From an uncultured Acidobacteriota bacterium (GTDB taxonomy: Bacteria > Acidobacteriota > Terriglobia > UBA7540 > JAPUME01), in NCBI GenBank assembly GCA_964605715.1, contig CAZSDV010000002.1:167-64166 (forward strand): a DNA stretch of 64,000 bases, given 5' to 3'. How positions within the stretch are numbered: the first letter of the stretch is position 1; each line of letters begins with the position of its first letter. This document shows positions 31,265-41,643 of this stretch, piece after piece. The notes under the pieces were generated by a model. It saw nothing but the letters and a program-made list of their open reading frames with translations, did no database searches and was not told the origin of the DNA. The position numbers and the translations under genes were made by a program.

Positions 31265-33238
31265 CTAGGTAACCTGCCACGAGTAAATCGCACCAGTTTC
31301 AACGCCAATCCTTAAATCGCCCTGCTTTGCACCGGTAACTCGATTTACGACCTCCACGCCCCATACTTCCTCGCCATTTTCCTTACCCTTCCTTTCAATG
31401 CGCCCTGGACGAGCCTGATCTCTCAGGTATACGCGAGAGTAATGGTAAGCCATCTCCCTGGCTTCATCTTCGTTGACATCCAGCGAGTGCAGGAGACCCG
31501 CAAGGATTGCCTCGACCTGATCAGCAATGTAAAGGGGTTCAAAGGGCTCCCCGTCGTATTTAAGGATCTGATCATGGGCACCGATTCCCGTCTCTGCTCT
31601 CAAGTGTCGCGTAAACTGACCGGTGAAATTTACCTCTATCGAAATAATACGCTTCGATCCCTTCAAGATATTCGTGATCTCTTCTGTGTGAAAAGGTAGG
31701 AGGTATTTGACATGTAATTGATTGGTTTCTACGCCCCGGGACTTCAGGATTTCCCGACCTTCTGATATAACTCCCTTCGTCGATCCCCAACCAACCAGAG
31801 TAATGTCTGCTCCGGCCGGCCCTTCTAGCTTAGGAGCCTCAAGTTCGCTCAGCACACCCTCCATCTTCTTCATCCGCTTTTCCATCATCTTCCGGCGAAC
31901 CGCAGGAGTTGTGAAAACGTCGCTGATCAGCACACCTTGTTCGTCATGATCGTCGGTGCCAGCAACATGCGCTGCATTGGCCGTCCCAGGCAATGCACGA
32001 GGAGAAATGCCAGACTTGGTGAGTGCAAACCGCTTGTAAGGTCCATTTCCAGCCGGCCAATCAGAAATCAACTCCCCACGGTCGATGGGCGCATCGGGAC
32101 ACAGGGCATCGGTTTCAATCGTTTCAGGATGCTCGGATAGCAAAAGATCCGACATAATTATCACCGGCAATTGATACTTCTCAGCTAAATTAAAGGCTTC
32201 TATTGAAGCATTGAAGCAGTCAGCCACATCAACTGGAGCCATAATGACTCGAGGAAAATCACCTTGAGAGGCTCCAAAAACCTGATTTAAGTCACCTTGC
32301 TCGGTCTTGGTTGGCAAACCCGTTGAAGGACCTCCACGCTGCACTTCGATAACCACAACCGGCGCTTCGATCATTCCCGCTTGACCGATCGCCTCTGTCA
32401 TAAGGGCAAATCCTCCCCCTGATGTGGCACACATTGACCGCACGCCAGCATACCCTGCCCCGACAGCCATATTCATCACGGCCAACTCATCTTCACCCTG
32501 TTTTACGAGGATTCCCGCCTTTTCGGCGTGGGATGCCATCCAATGAAGGATGGTTGATGCTGGTGTCATTGGGTAAGCAGAATAGAATTTGCAACCGGCA
32601 ACAGCTGCACCAAAAGCAAAAGCTGCGTTACCAGTAAGAAAGGGGCGTTGGGTTTTGGTAAATGTCCACTCTTCGTGCAGCGGCACAAAGTTTTCCTTAG
32701 TATAATTGAATCCTGCCTTGAGAATACCTAGGTTTTGGTCAACAACAGCCTGCCCTTTATGCTGAAAGGTTTCCTTAATTACTTCATTGGCAGTGTCAAA
32801 ATCAAGGCGCAAAAGGAACATTAAGGCACCTAGCGCGACTGTGTTCTGCACGATCGGAAGTACCCGACCGAATGGCTTAACAATTTCAGACACGGGAAGC
32901 GGAACCGTAATGACACCATCTTGTAGTTTTATACCGTCACAGTTCAGCTTGCTGGAGTTGAATATAACCGCCCCACCAGGCTCCACCTCCGAAGCGTGTC
33001 GTTCAATGGTGTCCTGATTAAGAGCAATCACTCCATTTAAGTGGTCGCCGTGCGAATGCAGCTTCTCCGACCCTATGCGAACGCGCAGCCAGATGTGGCC
33101 ACCTCGAATCAGCGACTGATAGCTATTGTAGGCATACACATACTTGCCACGGCGAGATACCGTTTTTGCCAGCGTATCACCGGTCTTGTCCAGGCCATCT
33201 CCGGCCGCTCCTCCTATCCCGACCGTAACCTCATCCAT
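31265..33238 (-). CDS. korA: 2-oxoacid:acceptor oxidoreductase subunit alpha (fused gamma-alpha type)
   Basis: 657 aa. N-terminal gamma-like domain (GGAAGDG), then the alpha domain (YPMTPAS, GGPSTGLPTK). Confidence 0.9.
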   Translation of the reverse strand: MDEVTVGIGGAAGDGLDKTGDTLAKTVSRRGKYVYAYNSYQSLIRGGHIWLRVRIGSEKLHSHGDHLNGVIALNQDTIERHASEVEPGGAVIFNSSKLNCDGIKLQDGVITVPLPVSEIVKPFGRVLPIVQNTVALGALMFLLRLDFDTANEVIKETFQHKGQAVVDQNLGILKAGFNYTKENFVPLHEEWTFTKTQRPFLTGNAAFAFGAAVAGCKFYSAYPMTPASTILHWMASHAEKAGILVKQGEDELAVMNMAVGAGYAGVRSMCATSGGGFALMTEAIGQAGMIEAPVVVIEVQRGGPSTGLPTKTEQGDLNQVFGASQGDFPRVIMAPVDVADCFNASIEAFNLAEKYQLPVIIMSDLLLSEHPETIETDALCPDAPIDRGELISDWPAGNGPYKRFALTKSGISPRALPGTANAAHVAGTDDHDEQGVLISDVFTTPAVRRKMMEKRMKKMEGVLSELEAPKLEGPAGADITLVGWGSTKGVISEGREILKSRGVETNQLHVKYLLPFHTEEITNILKGSKRIISIEVNFTGQFTRHLRAETGIGAHDQILKYDGEPFEPLYIADQVEAILAGLLHSLDVNEDEAREMAYHYSRVYLRDQARPGRIERKGKENGEEVWGVEVVNRVTGAKQGDLRIGVETGAIYSWQVT

Positions 33239-33304
33239 ACGTCCTTCTCCTCAAAATCTTAAAGTATTCTTTATCTTTTACTTACCACTAAATAAGCCCT
33301 TTTC

Positions 33305-33904
33305 TCAAAGCTCTTGCCGCCCTTCCATGGCCCTCTGCATGGTTATCTCATCAGCATACTCCAGCTCACTTCCCACCGGGACTCCCCTGGCAATACGTGT
33401 AACCTTGATCCCAAGGGGTTTAATCAGCTTCGCAAGATACAAGGCCGTAGCTTCCCCCTCCACGTTAGGATCCGTAGCCACGACTATCTCCTTTATATTA
33501 CCGCCTTTGAGGCGCTCCATCAAACTCTTAATTTGTAATTGCTCCGGCCCAATACCTCGAAGAGGGGACAAAGACCCCTGAAGAACGTGGTAAAGACCCC
33601 TGAATTCACGAGTTTTCTCGACTGCCAGCACATTATGCGACTCCTCTACCACACAAATGAGGCCCGGATCCCGCCCTGGCATGGTGCAATACCTGCATGG
33701 GTCAACATCGGTTATGTTGTTGCAGGTACTGCATAATTTAATCTTTTCTTTAACCTCAAGGATAGATTCCGCCAATTGCCGGGCATCATCCTGTGAAGCT
33801 CTATGTACATGAAAAGCAATCCGCTGGGCAGACTTCTGCCCGATGCCCGGAAGTCGTTTAAACTCCCGGATCAATCGCTCCATAGGATCAGCAAAATCTT
33901 TCAT
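33305..33904 (-). CDS. recR: recombination protein RecR
   Basis: 199 aa. [15 protein letters not shown] HhH, C4 zinc finger [16 protein letters not shown], Toprim domain. Confidence 0.95.
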   Translation of the reverse strand: MKDFADPMERLIREFKRLPGIGQKSAQRIAFHVHRASQDDARQLAESILEVKEKIKLCSTCNNITDVDPCRYCTMPGRDPGLICVVEESHNVLAVEKTREFRGLYHVLQGSLSPLRGIGPEQLQIKSLMERLKGGNIKEIVVATDPNVEGEATALYLAKLIKPLGIKVTRIARGVPVGSELEYADEITMQRAMEGRQEL

Positions 33905-33931
33905 GGCTTCGTGGGGCCCCCAACCCTAAAT

Positions 33932-34246
33932 TCACCCAAATATCCCCGGCAATTTCAGATCTGAACCCAAACCGCCCATCTGGCCTGAAACCTGCTCGTC
34001 CACTTTTCGGGACGCCTCGTTAACAGCGGCAAGAATCAAGTCCTGGAGCAATTCAATGTCTCCTGTGCTAACAGCCTCTTTTTCCACACGAATTGATAGG
34101 AGTTGCTTCTGCCCGTTCATCCGCACCGCTACCATCCCGCCGCCAGCGGTCGCATCCGCCTCGATTTCTTCCAACTGCTTCTGGAACTTCTCCTGCAGCT
34201 GCTGGACCTGTTTCATCATTTGCTGCATTTGTACCAGATTTTTCAT
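33932..34246 (-). CDS. ybaB: YbaB/EbfC family nucleoid-associated protein
   Basis: 104 aa. MQQMMKQVQQLQEKFQ and GGGMVAVRMNG motifs. Conserved dnaX-ybaB-recR order. Confidence 0.92.
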   Translation of the reverse strand: MKNLVQMQQMMKQVQQLQEKFQKQLEEIEADATAGGGMVAVRMNGQKQLLSIRVEKEAVSTGDIELLQDLILAAVNEASRKVDEQVSGQMGGLGSDLKLPGIFG

Positions 34247-34256
34247 CGTTTTACTC

Positions 34257-35945
34257 CTAACTCAAGTCTCGGGTCCCCAGCCATGTCCCCTTAAACCTCT
34301 TCATTACAGCCCGGACACGTGGGTCCAACTCAGCTCTCTCACGAGAGCTCAATTGCATGGAATTCTGACTAACCTCCACATTCTCCGACTCTTCTACAGA
34401 AACCGAAATCTGAACCGGCTTCCCCAACACTTCAGAACAGATGGTCCGCAACAACTCACGGTTTCCGTGTTCCGTCAGAATATCAAGTGCCCATCGTACT
34501 TCTTCGGAAAATGTAAAACAGGCCTGCCCATCCTGCAGTCGCCATCCAACCAAGTTGTGTTCGAGAAAGTTTCCCAACAGCTTGGAATGATCTTGCACGC
34601 GGTCCCGTATCAACGTCAGTGGTTGTGCATCCTTAAAGGTGGAAGGTTCGGCAGGCGGCGTACTGGTTAGTCCACGCGCGGCATCTGGCTCGGAGGCGCT
34701 AATAGCCGTATCTTGCTTCACGTCTCCGGACAAAGGAGACTTCTCAACTCTACTACCAAACGCAGATCTCGAAGCTGCATTAGTAGGAGTAGATTTTGGG
34801 CCAGTCGCCCCTTTCCCTTTGGTTAATTCGGCCAGGAGAGTCTCCAACGGCTCCAACCTCTGTGCGTGCAAAAGCTTCATCAAGGCGAGCTCCAGGTGAA
34901 AACGCGGCTCTAGGGCATAACGAATATCAGCTTGCGCCCGAAGCATGATCTGCAAAAAGCGGCTTAGATCTTCAGAGCCATGTGCAGCAGCCAATTCTTT
35001 TAGCCGGAGCATGCTCTCTTCTGGCAGAGGAAGCAACTTTGAGTCTGCCCCACACGTTCGGGCAACCATGAGGTTGCGAATATATCGGGTTAATTCAGTT
35101 GCAAGCTGTTGAATTTCAAATCCCTGTTGAATCAATCGTTCCACTAGTTCAAGTACGCGAGCTGCGTCGCCTGCATAAACTGCGTGCATTATCTCTTCAA
35201 GAATCTGATTCGGCACGGCTCCCAACAATTGCCGAAGCGATTCCTCTTTCAACTCTTTCCCGGAAAATGCAATAGCCTGATCAAGTAGCGAAAGGCCATC
35301 TCGAAGGCTCCCCGCTGCAGCTTGAGCAATCAAGCCAAGCGAGGCTGGATCACTTTCAACCCCTTCCTCTCTAGCAACACGCTGAAGCTCTCCTAAAATC
35401 TGCTGGTAATTAACTAATCGGAATGCAAAATGCTGACACCGTGAAAGAATGGTCGTTGGAATCTTGTGGGCCTCAGTTGTCGCCAATATGAACAGAACGC
35501 TTTCGGGTGGCTCCTCCAAGGTCTTAAGGAGCGCATTGAACGCTTCCGGGGTAAGCATATGAACTTCATCAATAATGAAAATCTTTTGACGATCCCGCGA
35601 AGGGAGGTAGCGAACGCTCTCGCGTAATTCCCGAATCTCGTCGATTCCACGGTTCGACGCCGCGTCAATTTCCAATACATCAACAGCTCTCGAGGAGGAA
35701 ATCTCGTGGCAGGGATCACACTCACCGCATGGTGTAATGGTCGGTCCTTGGGCACAATTGAGGGCCTTGGCCAAAATGCGGGCCATAGAGGTCTTACCTA
35801 CCCCTCGCGCACCAGAAAAAAGATACCCGTGCGCTACGCGCTCCCGTGTGATGGCATTCTTCAGCGTGTCGGTAACCAATTTTTGACCGACAACTTCATC
35901 GAACTTCTGAGGTCGGTATTTTCGGGCCAGGACTTCGTAGGCCAT
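34257..35945 (-). CDS. dnaX: DNA polymerase III subunit gamma/tau
   Basis: Starts at MAYEVLARKYRPQKFDEVVGQ (ATG at 35945). Walker A GARGVGKTS, zinc module CGECDPC, and SRC motif. The 41 extra codons in the ORF track (to 36068) run into the SRP RNA and are rejected. Confidence 0.93.
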   Translation of the reverse strand: MAYEVLARKYRPQKFDEVVGQKLVTDTLKNAITRERVAHGYLFSGARGVGKTSMARILAKALNCAQGPTITPCGECDPCHEISSSRAVDVLEIDAASNRGIDEIRELRESVRYLPSRDRQKIFIIDEVHMLTPEAFNALLKTLEEPPESVLFILATTEAHKIPTTILSRCQHFAFRLVNYQQILGELQRVAREEGVESDPASLGLIAQAAAGSLRDGLSLLDQAIAFSGKELKEESLRQLLGAVPNQILEEIMHAVYAGDAARVLELVERLIQQGFEIQQLATELTRYIRNLMVARTCGADSKLLPLPEESMLRLKELAAAHGSEDLSRFLQIMLRAQADIRYALEPRFHLELALMKLLHAQRLEPLETLLAELTKGKGATGPKSTPTNAASRSAFGSRVEKSPLSGDVKQDTAISASEPDAARGLTSTPPAEPSTFKDAQPLTLIRDRVQDHSKLLGNFLEHNLVGWRLQDGQACFTFSEEVRWALDILTEHGNRELLRTICSEVLGKPVQISVSVEESENVEVSQNSMQLSSRERAELDPRVRAVMKRFKGTWLGTRDLS

Positions 35946-36035
35946 AGGGCTGATCAAGAATTGAAGGAGTTCATGCGGGCGAAAACCTGAATAAATGCTC
36001 CTCAAGCATCGACAGATACAACACCGCTCGCGTAG

Positions 36036-36155
36036 GCATTTGCCAGGCTTCGGGTTGGCCTGCAGCACACAGAGAGGACCGCTACCGTTGCTTCCTTCCG
36101 GACCTGGCGGAGTTCACAGACATCTGTTGCACAGATCCCAAAGCCTGGCAAATGC
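36036..36155 (-). ncRNA. ffs: signal recognition particle RNA (small, 4.5S type)
   Basis: The minus strand reads ...CCGCCAGGUCCGGAAGGAAGCAACGGUAGCGG..., the conserved domain IV core. It is closed by a 19-bp terminal helix: GCAUUUGCCAGGCUUUGGG / CCCGAAGCCUGGCAAAUGC, with one G-U pair. About 120 nt, immediately upstream of dnaX, a common bacterial arrangement. Confidence 0.85.
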
Positions 36156-36259
36156 TAAACGTCAATACTAACATGCTCTATAATTGCCGTGTAGTCTAAA
36201 ATCCCCCTAGGTAACTACTAGAAAACCCAGGCCAAATGTACAGCATCAGCTGGGTTTGC

Positions 36260-36288
36260 TTGGCAAGTGCCCGAAGCACCGATATAAT
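36260..36288 (+). promoter_or_regulatory. sigma70-type promoter of tRNA-Arg
   Basis: TTGGCA (36260-36265), 17 bp spacer, TATAAT (36283-36288), 12 nt before the tRNA 5' end. Confidence 0.6.
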
Positions 36289-36300
36289 GGGTTGAAAGTG

Positions 36301-36377
<77 letters not shown>

Positions 36378-36478
36378 TTAATCCCAGTAAATAATTTACT
36401 TTGGTGGCTTCACCTAACGGACACAGTCATACGCACTGACAAAAGTTACAGGTGGTCCATTCCAAATTCATGGAGGAC

Positions 36479-38296
36479 CTAAGGTAGCCTTTTCAACCAA
36501 ATCCTGTGCAGTGCCATGACCTCTCGGCCCACAATGAAGAGGGGTTTGATTTCAAAAATCATGGGCCCTTTGCTCAGATTTAGTGTGCCGACCACAAAAC
36601 GTCGAAATATGCCACGCCCCCCCGTCTCGCGAACAGTATGCTCAATTCTTGAGTGTCCAGCAGAGAGATAAAATTTAGAACCTTCATCACCCCTCCGGCA
36701 CCCATAACTCAAAAGGACCTCATAGTTCCCAGTACGGACAACATCCAGTTTCCATCGGACCAAATCCTCCGTTTCACTCCAGTCGTCAATTGTGTCTCCG
36801 ATATCTCCATGATACGCTGGGCGGACCTTCTTGCCGACGGGTTCTCCCCAGGTGATTTCAATCGGTACTGGATTTTCATCCTCGCGTCCTATCTGAATCC
36901 AATCCCGATAAAAGTAATCTTGATCGCGTGTGACATCCTCGAACCATTTTTCGAACTCATTATAAAGTCCTCGAACAATCCCAGGATGTTGTGCGGAAAT
37001 ATCGTTAGTCTCACCAGGATCGCTTTCTAGATCAAATAGCTGGAGCTCTGGCTCTGGATCTGAACTTCCCCATCCCTTCATCAAGAACCGTACCAATTTA
37101 TAGCCTCGAGAGTCCCGCACAGCCCAATTCGGGCGAAATCCACCCTGATCTGCAGGATCCACGGTCAATAACCGTTTGGAATTTGGCAAGGAAAAAAGAG
37201 GTTGCACACGATTCCATTGGTGAAACATGTATTCGTGAGGACTTTCACCATCTCCTTTCCGTAATAATGAAAGGATACTCTTCCCGTCAACTTTAAGTCC
37301 GTTTGGCAGTGTTGCTCCGATCAACTGACAAAGTGTTGGAAATAAATCAATGTGCTGAGCCATAGCTTGAACCGTTGCGCCCTCCGGAAACTCACCGGGC
37401 CATCGGACAATGAAAGGTATACGAATACCGCCTTCATAGACTGTGCCTTTCTCGCCACGCAAGCCCGCCCGGAAGTGTCGGCTTACCCCCCCATTATCAC
37501 TCATGAAGATAACCACGGTATTTTTCCGGACACCCACTTGGTCGATTGTCTTTAATAAACGCCCCAAATTTTCGTCAAGAGAAGTAATCATTCCATATAC
37601 TTTTGCTTCGCGGAGCGGTAACCCCTTCTCCAGATACTTTTCTGTGTACTTGTCAGGAACCCGAAAAGGGCTGTGGGGCGCATTGTGAGCAAGATACAAG
37701 AAAAAAGGCCTATTGCGATTCTGCTCTATGAAAGAAATAGCCTGGTCATTAAGAACATCGGTAATATACCCAGTCGTGCTAACGGGATACGTGTTCCAAT
37801 AAAGCTCGTCGGGATCCAGGTACCGATGGAGTCCCTCGTAAGGCCATGGTCCGAAAAACTCATCGAAACCACGGTTAACGGGATGGTGCTTCATATACTG
37901 GCCAAGGTGCCACTTTCCAACCAAAGCGGTGCGGTAGCCCTGACTTTGGAAGACCTCGCCAAGGGTTACCTCATCATCGTGCAAGTTAAAACGCCCCTTA
38001 TAAGTATCAAATACACCAGTTCTTTGGTAATACCTGCCCGTCATCAGAGAGGCCCGCGTGGGCGCGCATACGGGTGACGCGTAAAAATTGGTGAATCGGA
38101 CACCTTCACGGGCAAGTTGATCCATTATCGGTGTTTGGATAAATTTGTTCCCATTGATGCCCACGTCCCACCAACCCTGATCATCAGTCACCACCAGAAC
38201 AATATTGGGCTTATCCTGGGCCACTAACCTGACAGAGAAAGCCACATGGATAAAAAATGTGAAACAGAAAATAAAAATTGCGAAACGTGAAAACAT
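36479..38296 (-). CDS. sulfatase (arylsulfatase A family) with an extra C-terminal beta-sandwich-like domain
   Basis: 605 aa. Signal peptide. Formylglycine signature CAPTRASLMTGR. DDQGWWD metal-binding N-terminus. About 150 aa of C-terminal extension of unknown type. Confidence 0.9.
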   Translation of the reverse strand: MFSRFAIFIFCFTFFIHVAFSVRLVAQDKPNIVLVVTDDQGWWDVGINGNKFIQTPIMDQLAREGVRFTNFYASPVCAPTRASLMTGRYYQRTGVFDTYKGRFNLHDDEVTLGEVFQSQGYRTALVGKWHLGQYMKHHPVNRGFDEFFGPWPYEGLHRYLDPDELYWNTYPVSTTGYITDVLNDQAISFIEQNRNRPFFLYLAHNAPHSPFRVPDKYTEKYLEKGLPLREAKVYGMITSLDENLGRLLKTIDQVGVRKNTVVIFMSDNGGVSRHFRAGLRGEKGTVYEGGIRIPFIVRWPGEFPEGATVQAMAQHIDLFPTLCQLIGATLPNGLKVDGKSILSLLRKGDGESPHEYMFHQWNRVQPLFSLPNSKRLLTVDPADQGGFRPNWAVRDSRGYKLVRFLMKGWGSSDPEPELQLFDLESDPGETNDISAQHPGIVRGLYNEFEKWFEDVTRDQDYFYRDWIQIGREDENPVPIEITWGEPVGKKVRPAYHGDIGDTIDDWSETEDLVRWKLDVVRTGNYEVLLSYGCRRGDEGSKFYLSAGHSRIEHTVRETGGRGIFRRFVVGTLNLSKGPMIFEIKPLFIVGREVMALHRIWLKRLP

Positions 38297-38632
38297 CTAG
38301 CCCTCCTTAACTAACGTCCCTAATCACAAGGGCCACCTCTTCCCAATAAGGACTCAGCGAAGTGGCACAGCCATCCAGGGCATACAGAGATAATCACATA
38401 ATTTTATCAGGACATGAACGACAAAAGCCCTATAGGGACCTCGGAATACCAGCGATCTAGACACCTTTACATTGAAAGAAAAGTGGATTACTTTACTCTG
38501 GAATAAAAAGTCTATTGACAAGATTTAAATGTCGTATAGATTTATCCCCTTAACTTTACACAGAAGTACCTAGACACGAGAACCCGTCGGGCCGTCCCGC
38601 CGCCCGAACTGACTTATCCTTGGAGGGCTCGC

Positions 38633-40531
38633 ATGGAAACTGCATTTCCCGATTCCTTGAATCGTCAAAGATGCATGGAATTACCTAGGACTCATTTCTA
38701 CCTTGGGCAATTGATTGCATCCATTATAATCCTAGCAAGCGCCGCCTGCGGAGGACCCTCTAACGAAAAGGTGGCTGTTCGCATCACGCACGGACCGATC
38801 CTGGGACGATTAAGCTCTCACGAAATCGGCATCTGGGCTCGAACTTCGCAACCTGGCCCTTTCCAAGTTCTCTATGGTACGGCACCAGAAAAGCTGGACC
38901 TAACCTCCCAGCCTATCTCCACAAGCCTCGACCACGACAACAGTAACTGGGTCCACCTCGATGGACTTAAATCCAACACTAAGTATTATTATCGCCTGAG
39001 GACCAAAGGTGATCACCAAGGCCCCGGAGGCTCCTTTCGTACGCTTCCTAACCCCGACGACTTTCGCCACCCCGACCTAAACCCTCAGGGGCTTTTTAAT
39101 TTCGGTTTTGAATTTGCCTGTGGCAATAACCAGAACCCCAGGCAAGGCCTTGGTCCTTCTGTGCCAGCTTTCAAGACAATGCTTGACCAACTCCGAGATA
39201 AAATCTATTTTGCAATCCAAAATGGTGACTGGCTTTACGAAGATCGTCGCGATTTTTCACCTGATCAATGGCTCAAGCAGGTCAAAATTTCCAGTGACGA
39301 AGTTCCTTCGGTGGTTCAAAACGCTCCAACGATTACTGGTGTCTGGGAGAACTACAAAGTGTATCTTGAGAGAAGCAAAAATCTAGCAGCGTGGCACCGT
39401 GAAGTGCCCTCCTTCTTCACTTTCGACGATCATGAAATCCTGAACGACACCTACGGAGCAGGTTCGGCTGGGCTGCGAAACCGCCGTGCCGTGTTTCGAG
39501 ATATTGGCATAAGAGCCTGGTACGACTATTTGGGTTGGAGTAATCCGGTCGAACATACCCAGAGGGTTCAGTTTGGCCAAGCACAACTAAAAGCGGGAAG
39601 TGATATCCTCACCGACCCCTTGGCAGATTTCCAATTTCTTGACTTAACGCAAGTTGCAAACCTTCATGTCCACTGGGGTGGGCCAACTGCCGGAGTAAAC
39701 GATGAGAGCCTGGATGTCGTTGGAGGAGACCCCAACGCTGGAGTATATGACTTAGTCGAAGTGATTGATTCAAATCGTGTTCGGATTCATCCTCCAGCAA
39801 AACATACTGGCGATGCCTCCTACTCTCTTGGACGGCTCTCCTACTATCGCCTTAGCATTGGCAATGTCGATTTCTTCGTACTAGACACGCGCAGTCACCG
39901 ACAGACACACGACGTACGTCAACCTGACAAGCCGGGACTCTCTATGATCGGAACGCGCCAGAAGGCATGGCTAAAGAAAGGTATGGCCTCGAGTAATGCG
40001 GACTTCATTTTTGTAGTTTCGTCAGTTAATTTCATGATTCCCCATATAGGCGGAGGAGACCTTGCCACACCCAACAAGGATGATGCCTGGACTGTCTTCC
40101 TGGAGGAGCGAGAAGAGTTAATTAACTTTTGGGATTCTCTAAACAAACCTATCTTTATTCTGACTGGAGACTTGCACAATAGTTTTGCTATAAAAATTAC
40201 GGATCGCTTATGGGAATTCGCCTCTGGGCCGCACAACTCAGCAAACCATCTTTCCCGCGACGAAAGTGGACGGCCTCCAAACGGGCTCTTCAATTCCCAG
40301 GGTCGCTTGTGCGAGATTCGCTGGTCAACTCACTTTCGGGATGATATTCCCCGAAAAAACCTCCGTTACCCAATTTACTGCGATGTGCAGATAAACAACG
40401 TTTTCAATAATCCGCTGGAACTGGGTGGAGACCGTTGGATTGCCTTTCCTCGACCCCAAGTAATTTTCAAGTATTTTGATGGTCTCACAGGCAAGTTGCT
40501 GTACGCAGAATCAATATTATCCACCAATTAG
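38633..40531 (+). CDS. alkaline phosphatase D (PhoD)-like metallophosphatase, probable lipoprotein
   Basis: 632 aa. PhoD_N-like THGPILGRLSSHEIGIWARTS, then a metallophosphoesterase-like core (FDDHEILND, GDLHNS). Lipobox ILASAAC|G if translation starts at the internal Met (38675). Possible promoter TTGACA-16-TAGATT at 38515-38542. Confidence 0.75.
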   Translation: METAFPDSLNRQRCMELPRTHFYLGQLIASIIILASAACGGPSNEKVAVRITHGPILGRLSSHEIGIWARTSQPGPFQVLYGTAPEKLDLTSQPISTSLDHDNSNWVHLDGLKSNTKYYYRLRTKGDHQGPGGSFRTLPNPDDFRHPDLNPQGLFNFGFEFACGNNQNPRQGLGPSVPAFKTMLDQLRDKIYFAIQNGDWLYEDRRDFSPDQWLKQVKISSDEVPSVVQNAPTITGVWENYKVYLERSKNLAAWHREVPSFFTFDDHEILNDTYGAGSAGLRNRRAVFRDIGIRAWYDYLGWSNPVEHTQRVQFGQAQLKAGSDILTDPLADFQFLDLTQVANLHVHWGGPTAGVNDESLDVVGGDPNAGVYDLVEVIDSNRVRIHPPAKHTGDASYSLGRLSYYRLSIGNVDFFVLDTRSHRQTHDVRQPDKPGLSMIGTRQKAWLKKGMASSNADFIFVVSSVNFMIPHIGGGDLATPNKDDAWTVFLEEREELINFWDSLNKPIFILTGDLHNSFAIKITDRLWEFASGPHNSANHLSRDESGRPPNGLFNSQGRLCEIRWSTHFRDDIPRKNLRYPIYCDVQINNVFNNPLELGGDRWIAFPRPQVIFKYFDGLTGKLLYAESILSTN

Positions 40532-40540
40532 GAGAAAATC

Positions 40541-41527
40541 ATGCGCACCTTAGCTATTGTTATACCCCTGGCAGCCCTCCTGGTATGGGGCTGCAGTCAA
40601 GCGGGGCCACCTCTTCCGCAAGCTGCTCGAGAGGGCGCCTACCAGGTCGTTCACGGTTGGCCGGTACTCCCCAACGGCTTTGCCCTGGGGCAGGCTACCG
40701 GCGTGGATGTCGATTCCCACAACCATGTCCTCGTTTTTCATCGAGGGGATCGTCCTATTCTGATGATCGAAGGGGATACAGGGGAAATAGTCAACTCCTG
40801 GGGGGATGGCATGTTCTCCAGTGCACACGGCCTGACGGTAGATAGCCAAGATAACGTTTGGGTCACCGACAACGGTCACCATCAGGTATTCAAGTTTTCG
40901 CACGAAGGGAAACTGTTAATGACACTCGGCGAGCAAGATACTCCTGGTTTGGATGAGAAGCACTTCAATGGACCGACTGATATTGCAGTCACGCCAACGG
41001 GCGAAGCCTATATCTCCGATGGTTATGGGAATAATCGCGTACGAAAATTCTCTGCCGATGGCAAGTTTCTTTTTGATTGGGGGAGCAAAGGAACTGACCC
41101 GGGCAATTTCGATATACCGCACGGTATTGCGATTGACTCGCAGGGTCGCCTCTACGTTGCGGACCGACAGGATTTTTCCGCCAACGGGCGCGTTCAAGTC
41201 TTCAACGGCGATGGCGAATTCCTGGACCAGTGGAAGAGCCCCGGACTCGCCCGACCCTGGGGAATGACCGTCGGTGCGGATAACTACCTCTACCTGGTCG
41301 ACGGCGGCGATTTCATTCCAAATCCACCCAAGAAACAGGGGGGGAATGGCCGTGGGCGCATCCTGAAGATGACGCTAAAGGGAGAAATCCTTGAGGAATG
41401 GGGCTCATTTGGTAGCCACGACGGCCAGTTCTATTGGCCGCATGATGTTGGCGTCGGTAGAGACGGAGCAGCTTACGTTGTTGACGTTAACGTTGGCATG
41501 CGCGTACAGAAGTTCGTGAAGAAGTAA
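40541..41527 (+). CDS. NHL-repeat six-bladed beta-propeller protein (peptidyl-alpha-hydroxyglycine amidating lyase-like), lipoprotein
   Basis: 328 aa. Lipobox LLVWGCS. Repeated NHL units (F..P.G.AVD..G..YV.D..N.R.Q.F). Confidence 0.75.
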   Translation: MRTLAIVIPLAALLVWGCSQAGPPLPQAAREGAYQVVHGWPVLPNGFALGQATGVDVDSHNHVLVFHRGDRPILMIEGDTGEIVNSWGDGMFSSAHGLTVDSQDNVWVTDNGHHQVFKFSHEGKLLMTLGEQDTPGLDEKHFNGPTDIAVTPTGEAYISDGYGNNRVRKFSADGKFLFDWGSKGTDPGNFDIPHGIAIDSQGRLYVADRQDFSANGRVQVFNGDGEFLDQWKSPGLARPWGMTVGADNYLYLVDGGDFIPNPPKKQGGNGRGRILKMTLKGEILEEWGSFGSHDGQFYWPHDVGVGRDGAAYVVDVNVGMRVQKFVKK

Positions 41528-41643
41528 GGGGCAAAACCTCACCCTCAGAGGTCAAAGGAAAAGCACTTGGCGGGGCGGGCCAAGCAGTGAGGCTTTGATT
41601 TTTGATGCGAGCCACTCATATTTAATTTGTTCCGGTTCGACGA

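Noticed and set aside
34257-35945. Programmed -1 frameshift site (A AAA AAG) in dnaX producing gamma
   Set aside because: I found no AAAAAAG heptamer on the coding strand of this gene.
35946-36068. 41-codon N-terminal extension of dnaX in the ORF track
   Set aside because: It overlaps the SRP RNA gene, is Cys/Arg-rich with no homology, and the conserved DnaX N-terminus begins at the ATG at 35945.
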